A stretch of 32,000 nucleotides of DNA, taken from the NCBI RefSeq assembly GCF_000021865.1, contig NC_014034.1, positions 720,001 through 752,000 on the forward strand. The letters are read 5' to 3'. This document shows positions 1-15,218 of the stretch, piece by piece. The stretch's first letter is position 1. Every line of letters starts with the position of its first letter. Source of the stretch: Rhodobacter capsulatus SB 1003 (lineage in GTDB: Bacteria > Pseudomonadota > Alphaproteobacteria > Rhodobacterales > Rhodobacteraceae). Under the pieces are notes generated by a model. It did not search any database. It had not been told where the DNA came from and saw only the letters and a program-made list of their open reading frames with translations. The position numbers were made by a program, and so were the translations under genes.

Positions 1-833
1 CGGAAGATCAGATCGACGATCAGCCGCATCACCCGGTCGCGTTCCGCCTGCGGCGCGGTTTCCAGGCTTTCGATCGGCACGCCTTCGACAAAAGACATCG
101 CCAGAACCTCGCGCGTGGTCAGATCGGCATGCAGCGCGGGCACGGTGAAATCGGCACTGTTTTCCTTGAGTTGCCCGAACAGCGCCAGATACTTGCCCTC
201 GCGCTCGTAATCGGCCTCTTCGTGCAGCTGCCGCTTCGCCTCCTCCAGCATCGGCGCGATATCGAGCCCCTTCGGCACGAGGCCCGAAATCTTCATCAGC
301 GTCGCGACATTGTCGACATCCGAATCGATCGACTTGCGCACGCCCGGATATTGCACCTTGATCGCCAGATCGCGGCCGTCTTTCGTCCAGGCCCGGTGCA
401 CCTGCCCGATCGAGGCGGCGGCGATGGGATGCACGTCGAATTTCTTGAAATGCTTGAGGAAATCCGGACCCCAAGCGGCGATCAGCACCTTTTTCAGCTG
501 CGCGGGCGGCATGAAATGCGCCTCGGCGCGCAGCCGGGCCATGATCTGCGACAGCTCGGGCGGCAGCATCTCGCCCGCGTCCATCGACATCAGCTGCCCC
601 ATCTTCATCGCCGCGCCGCGCATCTGCGCCAGCTTGTCGGCGACCTTGAGCGCGTTTTGCGGCGTCAGCAGCAGATCGCTCATCACCGGGCGCTGGCCGC
701 GGGCAAGGCTTTTCGCCCCCTCGGCCATCACCGAGCCCGCGATGCTGGAGGCCAGCCCGCCAAGCTTCGCCGCGCGCACGAAACGCGAGGACGGCACGGG
801 CATGGGTTTCATATCGGGCTTGCGCTCGGTCAT
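1..833 (-). CDS. ABC1/UbiB-family atypical protein kinase, 5' portion only (gene continues beyond window start)
   Basis: Absent from the ORF track because it runs off the window edge. I translated the minus strand by hand from the ATG at 833-831, and it stays open to position 1. It reads MTERKPDMKPMPVPSSRFVRAAKLGGLASS...KMGQLMSMDAGEMLPPELSQIMARLRAEAHFMPPAQLKKVL...FDVHPIAAASIGQVHRAWTKDGRDLAIKVQYPGVRKSIDSDVDN...EADYEREG. The AAASIGQVH and AIKVQYPG blocks are ABC1/UbiB signatures. A GGAG lies 5 nt upstream of the ATG. Confidence 0.75.
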   Translation of the reverse strand, partial: MTERKPDMKPMPVPSSRFVRAAKLGGLASSIAGSVMAEGAKSLARGQRPVMSDLLLTPQNALKVADKLAQMRGAAMKMGQLMSMDAGEMLPPELSQIMARLRAEAHFMPPAQLKKVLIAAWGPDFLKHFKKFDVHPIAAASIGQVHRAWTKDGRDLAIKVQYPGVRKSIDSDVDNVATLMKISGLVPKGLDIAPMLEEAKRQLHEEADYEREGKYLALFGQLKENSADFTVPALHADLTTREVLAMSFVEGVPIESLETAPQAERDRVMRLIVDLIF

Positions 834-873
834 GGTCGCTCCGGATTTGGGTTTGGGTCAGATAGGACGGGGC

Positions 874-1509
874 TCAGCCCCGGCAAGAGCCGCCGCCGCC
901 GCAGCCACAGCCGCCGCCCTGGCGCGGCGCATCGCGCAGCACCGGAACCGCCTCGGCCGCATGATCCTGGCCGCCACAGCCGCAGCCGCGCCCACCGCGA
1001 CGGCGCCCGTGGCCATGCCCGCGCCCGTGGTGATGCCCGCCGCCGCCACAGCCGCAACCGCCGTGGTCGTGCCCGTGGTCATGGTCATGGCCGCCGCAGC
1101 CGCCCTGACCGTCGCAGCCCTCGCGGCCGTGATCGCCACAACCGCAGCCCTCCAGATCCTCCAGCCGCATCCCCGCGGCCGAAAGCGCCTCGACGATGGC
1201 CACGGCAAGCGAAGCCGCAGCGCTGGCCGGATCGGTCTCTTCCTCGCTGACCACGGCCAGAACGCCGCGCGCCGCCATCCGGTCGCCGAAAGCCTCGGTC
1301 GCGGCGGCGGAAATCACCGCCGTCATGTCGTCGAACGGATGCGGGGAGGCGGGATCCTCGGCGGGCATCCGCAGCGCCTCGGGCAGGTCGATCCGCGCCA
1401 CTTCCTGCGCCTTGGCCCCCGCCGCGACCTCGTAGATCAGGAACGGGCCGGTCTCTCCGGCCTGGCCGGAAATGGTGCGGAAATTCTGGCTGGCGACAGC
1501 GATGAGCAT
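874..1509 (-). CDS. NifX/NifB-C-terminal-like (FeMo-cofactor-binding type) domain protein with a C-terminal Cys/His/Gly-rich low-complexity tail
   Basis: ORF-track 211 aa. The N-terminus MLIAVASQNFRTISGQAGETGPFLIYEV... resembles the opening strand-loop of the NifX/NafY/NifB-C family. The last ~95 aa read CGCGDHGREGCDGQGGCGGHDHDHGHDHGGCGCGGGGHHHGRGHGHG...GCGCGG...GGGCGCGGGGSCRG. An AAGGA lies 7 nt upstream of the ATG (1509), only 15 nt after the orf162a stop. Confidence 0.7.
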   Translation of the reverse strand: MLIAVASQNFRTISGQAGETGPFLIYEVAAGAKAQEVARIDLPEALRMPAEDPASPHPFDDMTAVISAAATEAFGDRMAARGVLAVVSEEETDPASAAASLAVAIVEALSAAGMRLEDLEGCGCGDHGREGCDGQGGCGGHDHDHGHDHGGCGCGGGGHHHGRGHGHGRRRGGRGCGCGGQDHAAEAVPVLRDAPRQGGGCGCGGGGSCRG

Positions 1510-1524
1510 GGAAGGATCCTTGAA

Positions 1525-2013
1525 TTACTTGCCCTTGGCCGCGGCTTCAAGATAAAGCGCCTGTTCGGCCGTCAGGTGCAGGTGACAGTCGATCGCATAT
1601 ACCATCCGTCGCGGCGAATTGCGATGCGCCATCGCCTCGAAGGTGCAGCGCTTCTCGGCCCAGCTGGCCCAGGCCTTGCGCATCGCCTCGAAATCATCGG
1701 TCAGGCGCGGCGCCCCCTCGGCGATCTGTTTCGTATAGGGCACATCAAGCTTTTCCGCCCGCGCCTGCATCGCCGCCTCGGCATCCATCAGCCTGTGCCG
1801 CCACCAGCCCACCTCGTCGGTGATGCAGCCCGCCACCAGCGCGGGCTGGGCATCGACCAGATGCGACCGGCAGGCCTCCGAGGATTTGCCGACACAGGCC
1901 AGCTGCTCTGCGGGGGTCGTTGCCTGTGCCATGCAGTCGGCGGTCTGGTTGCCCGCCAGCGCCGCGGCCGGAAAGCCAAGCGCGATCAGAAGCGGAAGAG
2001 GAAGGACGCGCAT
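1525..2013 (-). CDS. Secreted DUF1311/LprI-like protein (R. capsulatus orf162a)
   Basis: The ORF-track 244-aa ORF is trimmed to its internal ATG at 2013, giving exactly 162 aa. The N-terminus MRVLPLPLLIALGFPAAALA is signal-peptide-like. The Cys pattern and the C-terminal ...MRKAWASWAEKRCTFEA...IDCHLHLTAEQALYLE fit the DUF1311 (lysozyme-inhibitor LprI-like) layout. Confidence 0.7.
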   Translation of the reverse strand: MRVLPLPLLIALGFPAAALAGNQTADCMAQATTPAEQLACVGKSSEACRSHLVDAQPALVAGCITDEVGWWRHRLMDAEAAMQARAEKLDVPYTKQIAEGAPRLTDDFEAMRKAWASWAEKRCTFEAMAHRNSPRRMVYAIDCHLHLTAEQALYLEAAAKGK

Positions 2014-2074
2014 CGGGGAACACCTTGTGACAGAACCGGATGCGGGCAGATAAGCGGGCAGGGCAGGGGGTGTC

Positions 2075-2089
2075 TGTGACGTCGTCACA
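2075..2089. promoter_or_regulatory. Perfect 15-bp palindrome TGTGACGTCGTCACA in the puhE-orf162a spacer (candidate dimeric regulator site)
   Basis: Read directly from the sequence: 7-bp arms around a single central base. It lies 62-76 nt upstream of the orf162a ATG, inside the only gap over 100 nt in the distal puh gene string. It resembles the CRP/FNR-type TGTGA...TCACA but has 5-nt rather than 6-nt spacing. Confidence 0.3.
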
Positions 2090-2122
2090 TTCCGCGCGGC
2101 GTGGCGTTCACGAAGTCGCGCG

Positions 2123-2947
2123 TCACTCGCCCACGGGGATGCGCCCCGGCACCGGCTCGGCCACCGTTTCGGCCGGATCCTCGACCGAGGGCAGCATCCA
2201 GGTCCAGAGCTTCTGGTCGGGCAGCGGCAGCACCATGAACCAGTGTTCCAGAAGCGCAAGCGCGGTCAGCACGGTCAGCAGCACGAAGCCGATGAAGATG
2301 CCGTCGGTCTGCGCATCCGCCGCCCGTTCCATCCAGCAGCCGGTGGCAAAGGTCAGCACGGTGATCGAGACCGGGAACAGGAAGTTCATCCGGGCGTGGC
2401 GGAAATGGCTGGCCAGATGGGCCAGCGGTTTCGGCAGGAACTGGGTGTTGATCCGCGGCACGCCCAGGAACAGGTTCAGCTTCGCCGAGACCCGGGCGAA
2501 GAACAGCGTCGCGAAGGTCCAGAGGCCGAAGTGATTCTCGCCGGTCCAGACCAGCACCGCGCAGAGGATCAAGGCCGAGATCAGGCCGATTTCATGCCAC
2601 AGAAGCGTGCCGACCGAGCGGAGGAACCGTTCCGTCATCGAGGCGAAGGGCGGGCAATGATCGCGGTTCGGACCGGCGACGACGCCCGAGAGAAACGCAA
2701 GTTCGAACCAGCCCCAGACCGAAACGGCAGAGAGGAAGGCGACATGGGCGCCGCGCACCGAGGTGTCATCGGCGGAATTGGCCATGGCGATATAGCCGCC
2801 GATCAGCAGCGGCAGCCCGCCGACGACCGAGCGCATATGCGCCGCCCGGCCCGACAAGTCGGCCCGGCGGATGCGCCACAGGATCGCGCCGGTGGAAAAC
2901 CACCACACGAAGATCGTCGTCAGCGCCACGAGCCAGGGATTGTTCAT
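2123..2947 (-). CDS. puhE: Photosynthetic complex assembly protein PuhE (orf274), polytopic membrane protein
   Basis: The ORF-track 309-aa ORF is trimmed to the ATG at 2947 (MNNPWLVALTTIFVWWFSTGAILW...), giving 274 aa. It has multiple hydrophobic segments, and its position after puhC matches known clusters. Its ATG overlaps the orf55 stop (ATGA). Confidence 0.85.
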   Translation of the reverse strand: MNNPWLVALTTIFVWWFSTGAILWRIRRADLSGRAAHMRSVVGGLPLLIGGYIAMANSADDTSVRGAHVAFLSAVSVWGWFELAFLSGVVAGPNRDHCPPFASMTERFLRSVGTLLWHEIGLISALILCAVLVWTGENHFGLWTFATLFFARVSAKLNLFLGVPRINTQFLPKPLAHLASHFRHARMNFLFPVSITVLTFATGCWMERAADAQTDGIFIGFVLLTVLTALALLEHWFMVLPLPDQKLWTWMLPSVEDPAETVAEPVPGRIPVGE

Positions 2948-3111
2948 GCGCGGCACCCCCGGTGATGGGGGCGCCGCGCTGGACCGGGGGACGCGCCCAT
3001 CGCCCCGATCCGAACCGCCACGGGGGCGGTAACGCAAGACCCGCAGGGCCACGGCTGCCGCCGCGCCGGGGCGGCGGAATTCGGTCGCACGTGGCTTTTC
3101 AAAGCGGGCAT
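2944..3111 (-). CDS. Small 55-codon ORF (orf55), Arg/Pro/Ala-rich, function unknown
   Basis: Below the ORF-track size cutoff, so translated by hand: MPALKSHVRPNSAAPARRQPWPCGSCVTAPVAVRIGAMGASPGPARRPHHRGCRA*. A GAGGA RBS lies 5 nt upstream and overlaps the puhC stop codon. The orf55 TGA overlaps the puhE ATG. The composition looks like GC-driven sequence, so whether it is a real protein is uncertain. Confidence 0.4.
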   Translation of the reverse strand: MPALKSHVRPNSAAPARRQPWPCGSCVTAPVAVRIGAMGASPGPARRPHHRGCRA

Positions 3112-3118
3112 GGGTTCC

Positions 3119-3607
3119 TCACTTCATGTCGAGAATACGCTCGAAGGCGGCCTTGCTGTCGGCGCCAAAGGCGTAAAGTTCGGTGGACCAGCCGGTGGCC
3201 GGGTCTTCCATCGCCAGACGGCCGTTGTCATAGCGCACGATCCGCACCGGCGGGTTGTCGGTGATCCGCGCCACGGCGCGCGAGCGGCGCACGGCCGCCG
3301 CCATCACATCGACGAAACCGCCTTCGGGCAGATCCAGCAGGATATTGCCCTCGGGGTCGGAGACGGTGGCGTGACGGGCGTCGATATCCTTGAGCACGAC
3401 CAGCTTTTCGGCGACGACCTTGCCCGGGGCGGGCACGCCTTCGTGCGGGCGCCCGGTCAGCACCGCATAGGTGGTCAGCGCCAGCGACAGAAGCGCGATG
3501 CCGATCATCGCCCGCAACAGCGGTTTCGGGATCAGCTCGGCCTCGGGCTTGCCGGGGGTTTTCGTCTCGGGGCGCTGCGGGGCAGGGGAAAGCGGAAGCT
3601 GTGCCAT
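3119..3607 (-). CDS. puhC: Photosynthetic complex assembly protein PuhC (orf162b)
   Basis: ORF-track 162 aa with a single N-terminal TM segment (LLRAMIGIALLSLALTTYAVL) followed by a soluble domain. Its position and length match PuhC. It starts 10 nt after the puhB stop and has an AAGGGGA RBS. Confidence 0.85.
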   Translation of the reverse strand: MAQLPLSPAPQRPETKTPGKPEAELIPKPLLRAMIGIALLSLALTTYAVLTGRPHEGVPAPGKVVAEKLVVLKDIDARHATVSDPEGNILLDLPEGGFVDVMAAAVRRSRAVARITDNPPVRIVRYDNGRLAMEDPATGWSTELYAFGADSKAAFERILDMK

Positions 3608-3617
3608 CGGGGTCCCC

Positions 3618-4259
3618 TTATTCCGCCACGGCCAGAGCGGCGCCGGCTTTCGGCGCGGCGACGACCTGCGGTTCGTTCAGTTTCGCCTGCGCGGCCTCGG
3701 AGAGGATGCGGGCGACCTTTTCGGCCTCGGGGATGCAGCGGAAGGCGGCCTGCGGCACGCGGAAATGCCAGGGGCGCGCATGCGGCCAGAGCACGCCATA
3801 GGACAGGCGCATGTCCGAGCGGTTCTGCAGCGCGATCGTGCCGAAGCCCTTGCGGCCCAGCTTGGCCAGCGACATCGATTCGATCACGGTGAAGGGAATG
3901 GTGAAGGTCACCTGCAGCGCGGCGCCGATGCGCAGGATCACGCGGGCCGAGGTGATGGTGTAGATCGCGGCACGGGCCTGCGCGAAGGCGAGCAGAAGCA
4001 TCAGCCCGTAGACGACAGCGGCCATCAGAAGGAACAGGACGGCGGTGGGCAGCGCCACCCGGGCGCCTTCCTCGTGCCAGTAAAGCGCGGTGCGCCAGGC
4101 GGCGACAAACAGCATGATGCCCGTCATCCAGCGGATCTTGAACGCGTCGCGCGCCAGCATCCACATGTCGGGCTTGCCTTGCCAGAGAATCTCCTCGCCT
4201 TCCGGCAGGGGAGCGGGGATCCCCGGCTGGGGTTCGAAGTCGAAGTCATGGTCTGACAT
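3618..4259 (-). CDS. puhB: Photosynthetic complex assembly protein PuhB (orf214)
   Basis: ORF-track 213 aa. It has hydrophobic helices in the N-terminal half and a bPH-like C-terminal half, and lies immediately downstream of puhA as in known clusters. Confidence 0.85.
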   Translation of the reverse strand: MSDHDFDFEPQPGIPAPLPEGEEILWQGKPDMWMLARDAFKIRWMTGIMLFVAAWRTALYWHEEGARVALPTAVLFLLMAAVVYGLMLLLAFAQARAAIYTITSARVILRIGAALQVTFTIPFTVIESMSLAKLGRKGFGTIALQNRSDMRLSYGVLWPHARPWHFRVPQAAFRCIPEAEKVARILSEAAQAKLNEPQVVAAPKAGAALAVAE

Positions 4260-4292
4260 GCAGACCTCCGTATTCCAGTAGTGCGGTCAGAC

Positions 4293-4318
4293 GGGACGGC
4301 GCGGGCGCGCGCCGTCCC
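4293..4318 (-). terminator. GC stem-loop between puhA and puhB (perfect 11-bp stem GGGACGGCGCG/CGCGCCGTCCC, 4-nt loop); likely an attenuator or mRNA-stabilising hairpin
   Basis: Read directly from the sequence. It begins 13 nt after the puhA stop. No U-tract follows on the minus-strand RNA, so it is not a canonical intrinsic terminator. Confidence 0.5.
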
Positions 4319-4330
4319 CGTAGGCTCGCA

Positions 4331-5095
4331 TCAGAGCGCGTAGGGTTTGACACCCTTGGCGTACATGTAGCCCCCGGCGACATAGGCCGAGATCTTGTCT
4401 TCTTCGAGCTTGGTGACCACGTCCGGCGACTTGATGTCGGGGATGGTGTCGAACAGGTCCGAGGTGATCGCGTTGACGCGCACACGATCCGACCAGATCT
4501 TCAGCATGGTCATCGGCAGCAGCTTCTTCTTGCCCGAGTTCAGTTCGACCTCGAGATAACGGACCAGCTGCTCGGGGATGTCCACCCACATGTCGACGAT
4601 CTTGCCGACCACTTCGGTATCCCCCGCCTGCACCGGCATCCCGCGCGGATCGCGACCGGCCGAAACCTTCATCTCGGTCTTGCGCATCGGCTGGATCTTG
4701 TTGTGACCATGCGCGTCAACCTCGGGTTCGTCCCGCCGCGGCACCCAGGAAGCCGGGCCCACGCCGTCCAGCATCGGGTTGCCGGTCGGACGGAACGGAT
4801 AGCCTTCGTTGACCGAGGTGCGCTCGAGCGCGAGGTCGGTGCGACGGTGGGCTTCTTCGTTCTCGACCGAGGGAACGACGATCTTGCGGCCATCGGCCAG
4901 ATCGAAGGTCTTGGGCGAGGGCACCGGGAACGGGCCCTGGTTGGGCGAGAGCTTGCCGTCGTCGTTTTCGAGCGGATAGCCTTCGCGCATGTTCTCGGTT
5001 TGCAGATAGTAGATCAGATAGGCGAGAAACGCCCAGAACGACCAGATTGCAAGACTGGCCAGATCGAAGTCTCCGAAGAAATTGACACCGACCAT
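4331..5095 (-). CDS. puhA: Photosynthetic reaction centre H subunit
   Basis: ORF-track 254 aa. [44 protein letters not shown]... is the characteristic RC-H N-terminal TM helix and cytoplasmic domain. An AAGGAGG RBS lies upstream. Confidence 0.97.
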   Translation of the reverse strand: MVGVNFFGDFDLASLAIWSFWAFLAYLIYYLQTENMREGYPLENDDGKLSPNQGPFPVPSPKTFDLADGRKIVVPSVENEEAHRRTDLALERTSVNEGYPFRPTGNPMLDGVGPASWVPRRDEPEVDAHGHNKIQPMRKTEMKVSAGRDPRGMPVQAGDTEVVGKIVDMWVDIPEQLVRYLEVELNSGKKKLLPMTMLKIWSDRVRVNAITSDLFDTIPDIKSPDVVTKLEEDKISAYVAGGYMYAKGVKPYAL

Positions 5096-5110
5096 GTTGG
5101 TCCTCCTTTG

Positions 5111-6544
5111 TCAGGTTGGAAATTCGGCAAGGCCGATCCGAGCCTCGCCGGCTTCCGGCTTCTTGGGGAAAAGGCTGCCGGGGCGAACGAGCGGTCCGAG
5201 CACGGCAAGGGTGATGAAGAGCAGTCCGATTTCGGTCACATAGACCACCGTGTAGCCGAGCGCCGGGCTATGGAGTGACCCCAGATACCCCGCTGCGGCG
5301 GCGTGGGCAACGAGGTCACGCGTCGCACCCCCGATGAAGACCGCAAGCCCCGCCGCCGTGGCCTGCGCCGCACCCCAGGCGCCGAGCGCGATGCCGGAAG
5401 CACCCCGCACGACCACCATCATCGCCACGGTCAGCGTGGCAATTCCGAACATGCCGCTGCCAAGGCCGATGCCCATGGCAGAAGCGAAGAACAGCACCTT
5501 GCTGCCGAAAAGCGGCGAGAACAGCACCGCCGTAAAGGCGACGATGCCGACCAGAAGCCCGCGCGCAGCGACGCGATGCGCCACGGCCCCTTGCGAAAGG
5601 CGCCGTGCCGACCAGATGAAACCGACAAGCGCGCCAAAGGCCCAGCCCGCGGTGAGCCAGGTCGTCTGCCCCACCTTCAGGCCAAGCACCTGACCGCCAT
5701 AGGGTTCGAGAAGCACGTCCTGCATCGAAAAGGCAAGCGTGCCGACCATGACCGTGGCCAGAAGCCGCAGGGCGCCGGTCTCGGCCGCCAGAAGCCCCCA
5801 GGCCTCGCGGAAGCTTTGCCGCGGGGCTTCGCGTTCGGCCTTGGTCATCGGCCGCATCACTTCCTGTTTCCACAGCGCAATGACGTTCAGAACCAGCGTC
5901 ATCGCCCCGCAGCCCTGCACGACGCGGATCAGGGTGATCTGGTCGAAGTCGCGCAGCAGCCAGCCGACGATGACGGCGGAAATGCCCATGCCGATCAGGA
6001 ACATCACGTAAAGCAGCGCCACCACCTGCGGCCGGGTTTCCTCGGTCGCGCGGTCGGCGGCCAGCGCCAGACCCGCGGTCTGCGTCATGTGCATGCCGAC
6101 GCCCGCCATCAGGAAGGCCACGCCCGCAAAGGCCTCGCCCGCCCAGGCGGGGCCCATGGTCTGATCGCCCGACAGCAGGATCAGCGAGAACGGCATCAGC
6201 GCCAGCCCGCCCATCTGCCAGAGCGAACCGAACCACAGATAGGGCACCCGCTTCCAGCCAAGCGCCGAGCGGTAGGTGTCGGAGCGGTGGCCAAGAATGG
6301 CGCGGAACGGCGCCACCAGCACCGGGATCGAGATCATCGCGGCGACGACAAGCGCGGGCACGCCCAGCTCCAGGATCATCACCCGGTTGAGCGTGCCCAG
6401 AAGCAGCACCTGCGCCATGCCGACGGAAACCTGAAACAGCGACAGCCGCAGCAATTGCCGCAGCGGCAGGGTTTCGGACGCCGCATCGGCGAAGGGCAGC
6501 CAGGTCATCGCCAGCGAACCGATCATGCGGCGGGAGAGTATCAT
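5111..6544 (-). CDS. lhaA: LH1 assembly protein LhaA (PucC/BCD family, MFS-like; orf477)
   Basis: The ORF-track 632-aa ORF is trimmed to the ATG at 6544 (MILSRRMIGSLAMTWLPFADA...), giving 477 aa. It has about 12 hydrophobic segments and PucC-family blocks (LLRLSLFQVSVGM, LGTLNRVMILELG). Its ATG overlaps the bchM stop (ATGA). Confidence 0.9.
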   Translation of the reverse strand: MILSRRMIGSLAMTWLPFADAASETLPLRQLLRLSLFQVSVGMAQVLLLGTLNRVMILELGVPALVVAAMISIPVLVAPFRAILGHRSDTYRSALGWKRVPYLWFGSLWQMGGLALMPFSLILLSGDQTMGPAWAGEAFAGVAFLMAGVGMHMTQTAGLALAADRATEETRPQVVALLYVMFLIGMGISAVIVGWLLRDFDQITLIRVVQGCGAMTLVLNVIALWKQEVMRPMTKAEREAPRQSFREAWGLLAAETGALRLLATVMVGTLAFSMQDVLLEPYGGQVLGLKVGQTTWLTAGWAFGALVGFIWSARRLSQGAVAHRVAARGLLVGIVAFTAVLFSPLFGSKVLFFASAMGIGLGSGMFGIATLTVAMMVVVRGASGIALGAWGAAQATAAGLAVFIGGATRDLVAHAAAAGYLGSLHSPALGYTVVYVTEIGLLFITLAVLGPLVRPGSLFPKKPEAGEARIGLAEFPT

Positions 6545-7215
6545 GGCCGATACTCCAGGCATTCCGAGATGTAGAAACCGCGCGCGACGCGGTCGATCTT
6601 GATCAGGCTGTCGCCCGCATGGCGCTGCAGCTTGTCCAGCGCATGCGGGATCATCACCGGCGAGCGGTTCGAGCGCGGGAAAAGCTTGCCCAGCCACCAG
6701 AACGCCATCAGGAAGGCCGTTTTCGGCGCGACGGTGAAGACGATGGCGCTGTGCGTGCGCTTGCCCAGTTCCGTCAGCACCCGGCCGATATCCGGCGCGC
6801 GGTAATAGATCAGGCTGTCCATCGCGACGACATAATCGAACTGGCCAAGGGCCGGGTCCGCCATGTCGCCGACATGGAAGCTGACCTTGCCGCGCAGCTC
6901 GGGCGGCAGGCGGTCCTTGGCGATGTCGATCAGCTGCGGCGAGATATCCACCGCCACCACATCGGCGCCGCGCCGGGCCAGTTCCACCGTCGTCAGCCCG
7001 GTGCCGCAACCCGCATCCATGACGCGGCAGCCGGTCAGATCGTCGGGCAGGCGCGAGAGCATGACGGCGCGCATCGTGTCGCGGCCTTCGCGGACGGTCT
7101 GGCGGACCTTGCTCACCTTTTCATCCGCGGTGGTCAGCCGCGCCCAGGCACGGGTCGCGGTGCGGTCGAAATAGTGTTCGACGCGGTTGCGGATCTCTGC
7201 GTAATCGGAGGGCAT
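6541..7215 (-). CDS. bchM: Mg-protoporphyrin IX O-methyltransferase
   Basis: ORF-track 224 aa with SAM-binding motif VMDAGCGTG, located between bchL and lhaA. Confidence 0.95.
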   Translation of the reverse strand: MPSDYAEIRNRVEHYFDRTATRAWARLTTADEKVSKVRQTVREGRDTMRAVMLSRLPDDLTGCRVMDAGCGTGLTTVELARRGADVVAVDISPQLIDIAKDRLPPELRGKVSFHVGDMADPALGQFDYVVAMDSLIYYRAPDIGRVLTELGKRTHSAIVFTVAPKTAFLMAFWWLGKLFPRSNRSPVMIPHALDKLQRHAGDSLIKIDRVARGFYISECLEYRP

Positions 7216-7216
7216 C

Positions 7217-15094
<7,878 letters not shown>

Positions 15095-15157
15095 AGTGGC
15101 AGCCAGCCTTTCTTCGTGAGCGCACTCTGCCGTAAAACTGGTCTTGTCACGAGAAAG

Positions 15158-15175
15158 TGTCAATGAAAACTTACA
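15158..15175. promoter_or_regulatory. CrtJ/PpsR-type operator TGTCAATGAAAACTTACA (TGT-N12-ACA) in the bchF promoter region
   Basis: A perfect match to the published CrtJ/PpsR palindrome, 64-81 nt upstream of the bchF ATG. An overlapping degenerate copy TGTCACGAGAAAGTGTCA lies at 15145-15162. Confidence 0.6.
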
Positions 15176-15200
15176 CTCAGGGGCGGGACGAAACGCCGCT

Positions 15201-15218
15201 GCCCTTGCGCGCAAGGGC
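15201..15218. promoter_or_regulatory. Perfect 18-bp palindrome GCCCTTGCGCGCAAGGGC in the bchF/aerR divergent region
   Basis: Read directly from the sequence. It lies 26 bp from the CrtJ-type site and 16 bp from a C9 run (15234-15242). Its function is unknown; it could be a protein site or an RNA hairpin. Confidence 0.3.

Noticed and set aside
874-1160. GC-rich triplet-like repeats (GCCGCCGCCGCAGCC...) that could be mistaken for a tandem-repeat or CRISPR-like array
   Set aside because: The repeats are irregular, have no spacer/repeat periodicity, and lie in frame within the Cys/His/Gly tail of the 211-aa ORF. They are coding low-complexity sequence. The alternative-frame ORFs here (858-1208 and 830-1057, minus strand) are poly-Ala/Arg shadows.
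5111-7009. N-terminally extended versions of real genes in the ORF track. Examples are the 632-aa form of lhaA, 309-aa puhE, 244-aa orf162a, 563-aa bchB, 449-aa bchN, 385-aa bchI, 581-aa bchD and 211-aa bchF.
   Set aside because: The extensions overlap the upstream gene in another frame, look like GC-driven sequence, and lack an RBS. Internal ATGs give ATGA coupling or good Shine-Dalgarno spacing, and give lengths equal to the known R. capsulatus ORFs.
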